Assembly: GCA_965223855.1 (NCBI GenBank)
Contig: CBDCXM010000009.1
Coordinates: forward strand, 448,001 to 512,000
Length of the DNA: 64,000 nucleotides
From: Candidatus Multivoradales bacterium
GTDB taxonomy: Bacteria; Acidobacteriota; Thermoanaerobaculia; Multivoradales; JAHEKO01
Reading direction: 5' to 3'
Made by a program: the position numbers and the translations under genes
Part shown: positions 57,809-64,000 of the stretch, piece by piece
Position numbering within the stretch: position 1 is the stretch's first letter
Layout of the letters: each line of letters opens with the position of its first letter
Notes under the pieces: model-generated
What the model was told of the DNA's origin: nothing
Databases searched by the model: none
Seen by the model: only the letters and a program-made list of their open reading frames with translations

Positions 57809-60800
57809 ATGACGACCCGCCCAGTCCGGACCTCCCTGCTTGCCCTCGCCGCGGGCGTCGGGTGGCTCGCCTGCGCGGCACCGGTGCCGGATGGCGCCGT
57901 GGTCGAGCGGGTCGAACCCTGGGGACTCGCCGAAGAAGCCGGCATCGAGGCAGGAGACGTCATCGTCGGCTGGCGCACGGCCTCCGGCAGCGGCGACGCA
58001 CCCAGCTGGGCGGAGCTTCTGGCGCTCGAAGCGGATCGCGCCCCCGACGGCGGTGTCGTCCTCGTCGTCGCCCGCGACTCCGGCAGCTTCGAGGTCGAAC
58101 TGGCCGACGCTCACTGGGGCCTCGAAGTCCGGCCGCACCTCGCCGACGCCGGCCTCGAGGCCTTGGCCGCGGCGGCGGAGCGGCCCGACCGGGAGCGGCC
58201 GCCTCTTTTCGAGGAACTCGAGGCGGCGGTCGCGTCCGCGGCGCCTGACGTCCGCCGCTGGGCGGCCCACCGATCGGCCGTCGCGGCGCTCGCCGCCGGG
58301 GAGCCCGAGGCAGCGCTCGAGGCGTTCCGCAGAGCACGGGAAGGTCTCACCGACCCCGCTCGACTCGCGCCGCTCCTCGTCGATGCGGCGCTGCGCCTGC
58401 GCTGGGCCGGCGAAGAGAGCGCCGAGGGCTACTTCGAGGAGGCGGAGGCGACGGTCCGCGCCGCCGGGCGATCGACACCGTCGCTGGTCCGCGCCCTGAT
58501 CGGCAGGGCTTCGTCGCGGATCGACGCCCGCGAGCTCGACGCGAGCGGCGAACTGCTCGAAGCGGCGCGCGAGGAGGCCGCCCGGTTCGCCGCATCGGAC
58601 TCCCTGCGGGCCGAGCTCGCAGCCGCTCTCGGCGTCCAGGCCCACGTCCAGGGTCGCCTCGAGGTCGCAGAGGACCGCTACCAGGAGACGCTCGCCGCGA
58701 TTCCGCGGCGGGGTGGAGCGCTCGCCGTCCGGTCGCTGATCAACCTCGGCATGCTGCACGGTTCACAGGGACGCTTCGAGGCCTCGGAGCTCGACTTCCT
58801 CGAGGCGCTGGAGCTGCTGCGCACGAGCCCGTCGGAGACCTATCAGACGGCCCGCATCCTCAACTCGCTCGGGGTCCTCAACCGCAATCTGCTGCGGCTC
58901 GATCGGGCCGAGGGCTACTACGCTTCGGCGCTCGAGGCTTTCCCCGCAGGCGGCGTCGAAGAGGCGGGCGTGCGCAACAATCTCGGCAACCTCGCAAAGG
59001 TACGGGGTGCCCTCGACCTCGCGACCGAGCATCTCACCGCCGCCCTGGAGCTGCGGCTCGCGCTCGACCCGGAGTCGCTCGACGTCGCGTCGAACTACCA
59101 CAACCTCGGCGAGGTCCATCGCGCCGCCGGGCGTCTGGAAGAGGCCGAGCGCCGGCTCGTCGAGGCGTTGAAGCTCAAGGAGCGGCTGCTGCCGGAGAGC
59201 CTCGTGCTGTCGTCCACCCTGGTCGTGCTCGGCCAGACGCGCCTCGCGCTCGGCCGACCGGCGGCCGCCGAGGCCGATCTCGAACGGGCGCTGGCCCTCG
59301 TAGAGACCTCCAATCCCGGCAGTCTCGACCATGGACGGGCGATCCTCCTGCTCGGCGACGTCGCCGCCGCCTCCGGCCAGCCCCGGCTTGCGATCGAGCG
59401 CTGGCGCTCCGGGCTCGACGTCCTCGGCGCACTGCGCGAGAACATCTCGACCGAGGAGGGACGCGCCCGGTTTTCCGCCGCCTATGCCGACTACTATGAC
59501 CGGCTCTCGGCGGCGCTCCTGGAACGCGGCGCGACGCACGAGGCGTTCCTCGTGCTCGAGACCTCGCGCGCACGACTGCTGCGCGCCATGCTGCAGCAGG
59601 TCGGTGCCCGCATCGCCGTCGCCGCAGCGCCGGACATCCTCGCCGAACGCCGCAGGCAGGACTCGCGCATCCGCAGGACCCTGGGCCGGGTTCACCGCCT
59701 CAACGCGGCGACCGAGGGCGAGCGCCTGCGCGAGCTCCGGGCCGAGCTCAAGGCGCTCAAAGCACGACGCGAAGAACTCAACGAGAGGCTCTACCGCGAG
59801 GCGCGGCGGCTCGCCGAGATCGAAGAGCCGTCGCGGGTCTCTCTCGAGCGGATCCGGGCGCACCTGCCGGAGCGATCGGCCGGGCTGCTCTACTTTCTCG
59901 GCGAAGAGCGCTCCCACGTCTTCGTCGTCCGGCCGGCGGACGCGACGGGAGCCGGTCTGGACGCGATCGAGCTGCCGGTGACGGCGACCGAGGCGTCTCG
60001 GCGCATCGGCATCTTCCGCAGCCTGATCGAGCGCGGCCGTCATGCACCGCTCGAGCCGGCACTCCTCGCGCAGGGGGCACGGCTCTACGACGACCTGCTC
60101 CGCCCGGTCGACGAGTTCCTGCCGCCGGGGACCGCGCTGGTGATCGCGCCCGACGCGGCGCTCGCCGAGCTTCCCTTCGCGGCGCTCGTCGTCGATCGGG
60201 ACACGCCGCAGTTCCTCGCCGAGCTGCGGCCTCACACCGTCGTCCCCTCGCTGACCGCGCTCGCCGAGCTCGGCGAGCGGCTCGTCGAACGGACGCCCCC
60301 CGAGCTGGCACTCGCCGCCTTCGGAGCCCCGCGCTTCGACTCCGGCTGGGAGGGGTCGCTCGACCTGCGCCCGCTCCCCGGCGCCGGGATCGAGATCGAG
60401 CGTCTCGACGCTCTGTTCGACGACTCGGTCGCCCTGAGCGGCAACCAGGCGACCGAGACCGCGGCGCGCGAGCTGCTGCCGCGCGCCCGCTTCGTCCATT
60501 TCGCCACCCATGCGCTTCTCGACCGACGCTTCCCTCTCGACTCGAGCCTCGCGCTGACCGCCTCTGCGGAGGAGGGCGCCGACGACGGCCTGCTCCACGG
60601 CTGGGAGGTGCTCGAGAGCCCCGAGCTCTCCGCCGAGCTGGTGTCACTCGCCGGTTGCGAGACCGGCCTCGGCGCGCGCTGGAAGGGAGAGGGTTTGGTC
60701 GGGCTGACCCAGGCGTTCCACTACGCCGGGGCTCCGAACGTGCTCGCCTCGCAGTGGAACGTCGGCGACGCCTGGGCCGGCGAAATGACGGCGCGCTTCT

Positions 60801-60997
60801 ACGAGCTGCTGCTCGAGGACCTCCCGCCGATCGAGGCGCTCGCTCGCGTCCAGGCGGAGATGATCGGCGCGCAGAGTTCCGAGGACGCCGAAGTGAAGCG
60901 CCACCCTTTCTACTGGGCTTCCTTCACCCTCTTCGGCACGGGCCGGACGGCACCGGTCGGAACGGCACCGGTCGGAACGGCCCGGATCAGCGGGTGA
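57809..60997 (+). CDS. PDZ-like/TPR/CHAT (caspase-like) protease, probable lipoprotein
   Basis: Lipobox-like WLAC, GAVVERVEP...AEEAGIEAGDVI, TPRs (LNSLG, NNLGNL, HNLGEV), CHAT dyad HFATHA and LAGCETG, GEG..GL, HPFYWA.F. Confidence 0.92.
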   Translation: MTTRPVRTSLLALAAGVGWLACAAPVPDGAVVERVEPWGLAEEAGIEAGDVIVGWRTASGSGDAPSWAELLALEADRAPDGGVVLVVARDSGSFEVELADAHWGLEVRPHLADAGLEALAAAAERPDRERPPLFEELEAAVASAAPDVRRWAAHRSAVAALAAGEPEAALEAFRRAREGLTDPARLAPLLVDAALRLRWAGEESAEGYFEEAEATVRAAGRSTPSLVRALIGRASSRIDARELDASGELLEAAREEAARFAASDSLRAELAAALGVQAHVQGRLEVAEDRYQETLAAIPRRGGALAVRSLINLGMLHGSQGRFEASELDFLEALELLRTSPSETYQTARILNSLGVLNRNLLRLDRAEGYYASALEAFPAGGVEEAGVRNNLGNLAKVRGALDLATEHLTAALELRLALDPESLDVASNYHNLGEVHRAAGRLEEAERRLVEALKLKERLLPESLVLSSTLVVLGQTRLALGRPAAAEADLERALALVETSNPGSLDHGRAILLLGDVAAASGQPRLAIERWRSGLDVLGALRENISTEEGRARFSAAYADYYDRLSAALLERGATHEAFLVLETSRARLLRAMLQQVGARIAVAAAPDILAERRRQDSRIRRTLGRVHRLNAATEGERLRELRAELKALKARREELNERLYREARRLAEIEEPSRVSLERIRAHLPERSAGLLYFLGEERSHVFVVRPADATGAGLDAIELPVTATEASRRIGIFRSLIERGRHAPLEPALLAQGARLYDDLLRPVDEFLPPGTALVIAPDAALAELPFAALVVDRDTPQFLAELRPHTVVPSLTALAELGERLVERTPPELALAAFGAPRFDSGWEGSLDLRPLPGAGIEIERLDALFDDSVALSGNQATETAARELLPRARFVHFATHALLDRRFPLDSSLALTASAEEGADDGLLHGWEVLESPELSAELVSLAGCETGLGARWKGEGLVGLTQAFHYAGAPNVLASQWNVGDAWAGEMTARFYELLLEDLPPIEALARVQAEMIGAQSSEDAEVKRHPFYWASFTLFGTGRTAPVGTAPVGTARISG

Positions 60998-61631
60998 TCT
61001 CGAACCGCGCCAGCGGCGAGGCGGCCTCAACGGCGACGACCCGCCAGAAGTAGACGCCGGGCTCGCGCACGACTTCCGGCGGCCAGGGCAAGGTCGCGCC
61101 GGCGACCGCCCCGCTCGTCCACAACGGCTCGCCCTCGGCGTCGAGCAGCTCGACCCGCACCGCCGTCTGCCCGGAGGGAGCGGACCATTCGAAGCGCTCG
61201 AAAGCGCCCCGGGCGCCGTCCGCAGGGCTGAGGAGCTCGGGCGCCAGATCGATGCCGGCGCGATCGACCTCCGCAGACTCCCGGGTACCGCTCGCTATGG
61301 AGCCCCGCAACGTCGACCCGTCCCCCACCCACCAGGTGACGCCGACGGCGGCGAGCATCGCCGCCGCCAGGGCGAGCCAGGCCGGGCGCCAGGTCGATCT
61401 CGGCGCCGGCTCCGGAAGCTCGGAAAGATAGGGGTCGAAATCGCTGGCGGCGGAGCGGACCTCCTCGAGCGCGCTCCAGGTCGCGGCGCAGGAGTCGCAG
61501 CGCTCGACGTGTGCCAGAGCGGCACTGCGCTCCCGGCGAGACAGCTCACCGCAGGCGAGTTGCTCCCAGGTCTGGTGGTCGAGATGGGGGTCGGCCAGGT
61601 TTCGGTCGTCGAGATGCCTGTCGTCAGTCAT
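60987..61631 (-). CDS. Zinc-finger (zf-HC2) transmembrane anti-sigma factor
   Basis: H..HVERCDSC (HxxxCxxC), TM LALAAAMLAAVGVTWW, C-terminal beta domain (L.SP, F.W, Y.WRV.A); overlaps the sigma gene. Confidence 0.85.
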   Translation of the reverse strand: MTDDRHLDDRNLADPHLDHQTWEQLACGELSRRERSAALAHVERCDSCAATWSALEEVRSAASDFDPYLSELPEPAPRSTWRPAWLALAAAMLAAVGVTWWVGDGSTLRGSIASGTRESAEVDRAGIDLAPELLSPADGARGAFERFEWSAPSGQTAVRVELLDAEGEPLWTSGAVAGATLPWPPEVVREPGVYFWRVVAVEAASPLARFEITR

Positions 61632-62175
61632 TTCCGAACCCCCGGCCGCTCAGCTCCTGGCGCAGGTCGGCCATCCCGCGGGCGACGAGATTGCGCGCCC
61701 TGCCATAGCTCCAGCCGTGACGCTCCATGATCTCGCGAACACGATAGCCGACGAGATGGTCGCGCACCGCCTTGCGCCGGTCGGGGAGCAGGCCGCCCAG
61801 CACCACCTCGATCTGCCTGCGGATCTCGAGCGCCCTCAGCGCCCGCACCGGCGAAGGCCGCTCGTCGGCGCCGCCCTCCGGCTCCGTCATCGGTTGCTCC
61901 TCTCGCGCCCGCTGCCGGTCCATCAGCCGGACCGTCTCCCGCACCGCCGCCCGGTAGAGATAGGACGACGGCGATCGGATGTCGCGCTCGCGGCGCAACT
62001 GCTTCCACACCTCGAGCAGCACCGACTGCTCCACGTCGTCGGCCTCGATGCCGCATCTGCCGGCGCCGGCGCGTGCCACCGCAGCCCGGATCACCCGACC
62101 GTACTGGCGGACGAGCTCCTCGAACTGCCGGGTCGTCGCCTCCTCCGGAGACCGTCGAGACATCGGCTCCATCAT
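61624..62175 (-). CDS. ECF (sigma70 group 4) RNA polymerase sigma factor
   Basis: Region 2 ADDVEQ.V...W, SYLYR.A; region 4 L...RR.AV..H..GY...EI....GWS...ARNL..RG. Confidence 0.9.
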   Translation of the reverse strand: MMEPMSRRSPEEATTRQFEELVRQYGRVIRAAVARAGAGRCGIEADDVEQSVLLEVWKQLRRERDIRSPSSYLYRAAVRETVRLMDRQRAREEQPMTEPEGGADERPSPVRALRALEIRRQIEVVLGGLLPDRRKAVRDHLVGYRVREIMERHGWSYGRARNLVARGMADLRQELSGRGFGND

Positions 62176-62223
62176 CGCATCGGCGGCGATGTCCCGGCCC
62201 GCGCCGGCAAGAGTAGCGACTCG

Positions 62224-62700
62224 CTACCTCCCGCCGCCCGCCGGCAGATAGTTGGTCACCACCGGCACCGCGAGGTTCGTCGCGCCGCCGAGGGTCTGAG
62301 CGATCTCGAGACCGGCAACTGCGCCGGCACTGCAGGCAAGCCGCAACCCTTCGTCGCCGACGAACTCGACCAGGGCGCGCACCTGAACGGCCGCTCCCGG
62401 CGGGCCCGACGCCCGGTAGACCATCGAACCGATGGCTCCCGGGTCGACGACGACCTCCTCGCTCGCGAGCACGCGTCCGTCGGCATCGGTCAGCGTCAGC
62501 AGCGCCGGGCAGACGCAGGGGTTGATACCGCCCACCCGATCGGTGGCGTTGACGAAGCTCACCCGTGCGAACTGACTGGTGGTCATGCCGATCGCCACCG
62601 AGCCGGGAGGCTCCGGCTGGGGGTTGAAGGCGTGAGCGGGCAGGGAGAGGGCGGCGAGCAGCAGCGCTGCCGCCAGACGGATGTTGCGCGGTCGACTCAT
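62224..62700 (-). CDS. Secreted hypothetical protein beginning FNPQPEPPG
   Basis: AAGGAG RBS, signal peptide ending AHA, beta-rich mature chain with three Cys. Confidence 0.78.
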   Translation of the reverse strand: MSRPRNIRLAAALLLAALSLPAHAFNPQPEPPGSVAIGMTTSQFARVSFVNATDRVGGINPCVCPALLTLTDADGRVLASEEVVVDPGAIGSMVYRASGPPGAAVQVRALVEFVGDEGLRLACSAGAVAGLEIAQTLGGATNLAVPVVTNYLPAGGGR

Positions 62701-62748
62701 GACTTTCTCCTTGTGTCGGATGGTTGGAAGCTGCCCACCGGGTAGTGG

Positions 62749-64000
62749 TCAATCGATCACGACGACGTCTTCGCCGACGATCTGGGCGCCACCCGCCGAG
62801 GGCAGGAGAGAGCCCGAAAGCGGCACGACGAGCACGTCGCCGCTGGTGAGCGGCCCGAAGGCCGCTTCGAGGGCGGCGATCAGGTCCCGCTTGTCGAAAC
62901 GCAGGTCGAGATCGTCGAGGCCGTCGGCGCCGAGACCGTTGCAGTCGGTCGGCTGGCTCTTGCCGGTGAAGGGCGAATAGGGAGTCGCAAGGTCTCGGAC
63001 GCTCGACTGGATCGGCGCCAGGCCGAGCACGTTCACCGTGGTGAGGTCGACCGTGGACGGGTCGAACCCGGGATGGCCGGCGATGGCGATCTTCACCCGG
63101 CCGCCCCCCTGCAGCTTGACGCCGCTCGGGCACTTGCCGGGCACCATGTCGACCGGCACCTCGACGATCACCGGCAGGACGGTGACGGTCACCGTCGCGG
63201 TCGCCGTGCCGCCGTTGCCGTCACCGGCGGTGTAGGTGAACGACTCGGTGCCGCTGAAGCCGGGTGGAGCGGCGTAGATCAGAGACAGCGTCGAGGCGGT
63301 CACCGAGCCGGCGGCCGGCTGGGTGACGCTGACGATGGTCAGCGCATCGCCATCGACGTCGCTGTCATTGGCGAGCACGTCGATCAGCACCGCGTTGCCG
63401 GAGAGCGCCTGCGCCGTGTCGGCGATCGCCACCGGCGGGTCGTTGACAGGCTGCACCGTCAGAGTGACCGTGACCGGCACCGAGGCTTCCTCGGCGTCAC
63501 GGGCGGTGTAGGTGAAGCCGTCCGTGCCGTTGAAGTCGGGATCCGGCGTATAGGAGAAGGAGCCGTCGGACGCCAGTGCCAGCATCCCCTGTGCGGTCGA
63601 CGTCTCGAGCACCGCCGTCAGCGGGTCGCCGTCGGGATCGCTGTCGTTGCCGAGCACCCCGGGCGCCGGCGCCACCAGCAGGCCGTCCTCGTCGACCGAG
63701 TAGCTGTCCGCGACCGCCGTCGGCGGCTGATTCGGAAGGAGGAACGGCCACCGCAGGACGAAGGCGTCAAAGCCGCCCGCGTTGACCGGCTGCAACGACG
63801 ACGGCGTCGTCGGGAACGGTGCCGTCGCGGTGCCGGCGTCGGCGTTTCCAGCCGCTACGATCGAGGCGCCGTCGAAGGCCACCCCGGCGGCGTGTTCCCC
63901 GGTGCCGCTACCGCCGCCGAGGAAGCTGCTCTGAACGAGCGCCGACGCGGACGGCGTGAGCACGGAGAGGAAGAGGTCGGCGGAGTTGGTGCGTGCCGGC
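62749..64000 (-). CDS. Large secreted protein with SBBP-like propeller repeat and two cadherin/Ig-like (tandem-95) domains (partial, runs off window end)
   Basis: FPTT..LQ...GGFDAFV, NQPPTAVADSY.V.ED..GVLGNDSDPDGD.L, VNDPPVA.AD..DVLANDSDVDGD.L. Confidence 0.88.
   Translation of the reverse strand, partial: PARTNSADLFLSVLTPSASALVQSSFLGGGSGTGEHAAGVAFDGASIVAAGNADAGTATAPFPTTPSSLQPVNAGGFDAFVLRWPFLLPNQPPTAVADSYSVDEDGLLVAPAPGVLGNDSDPDGDPLTAVLETSTAQGMLALASDGSFSYTPDPDFNGTDGFTYTARDAEEASVPVTVTLTVQPVNDPPVAIADTAQALSGNAVLIDVLANDSDVDGDALTIVSVTQPAAGSVTASTLSLIYAAPPGFSGTESFTYTAGDGNGGTATATVTVTVLPVIVEVPVDMVPGKCPSGVKLQGGGRVKIAIAGHPGFDPSTVDLTTVNVLGLAPIQSSVRDLATPYSPFTGKSQPTDCNGLGADGLDDLDLRFDKRDLIAALEAAFGPLTSGDVLVVPLSGSLLPSAGGAQIVGEDVVVID

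Noticed and set aside
57809-62175. Type III-E CRISPR-associated protease (Csx29-Csx30-RpoE) locus
   Set aside because: No Cas7-11, array or Csx30-like gene in the window, and this CHAT appears to be exported

Overview
A high-GC bacterial chromosomal window. The gene content and a C-terminal IFEDGFESGD motif suggest Acidobacteriota (Thermoanaerobaculia-like); this is an inference. From left to right it contains: (1) a CNNM/HlyC transporter, S46 dipeptidyl peptidase, VIT1 and MATE genes, interspersed with a REP-associated HUH tyrosine transposase (RAYT) and at least five copies of a 22-bp repeat, one pair of which truncates a probable nucleotidyltransferase gene; (2) tRNA-Glu(CTC) followed by an inverted copy of its own 3' end; (3) a cell-wall/RNA cluster (amidase, GerMN, murI, rph, mpl); (4) a complete single-block F1Fo ATP synthase operon with Planctomycetota-like signatures and a ~63-aa insertion in alpha; (5) a six-gene signalling module (28.7-41.4 kb): an NtrC-type sigma54 activator, a palindromic enhancer-like site, a near-consensus sigma54 promoter, then REC-GGDEF-EAL, a beta-propeller diguanylate cyclase, an S8 lipoprotein protease ending in seven Trp-containing hexapeptide repeats, REC-PilZ and a 6-TM PAS histidine kinase. 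This is the best candidate for an undescribed system; (6) an RND efflux pump whose TolC is fused to a substrate-binding-like domain, downstream of a cobalamin-riboswitch btuBFDC operon; (7) a methyltransferase, an amidohydrolase and yaaA; (8) an exported TPR-CHAT caspase-like protease facing an ECF sigma/zinc anti-sigma pair and secreted Ig-like proteins. No CRISPR array, rRNA or prophage was seen. All family assignments come from motif recognition, not database searches.
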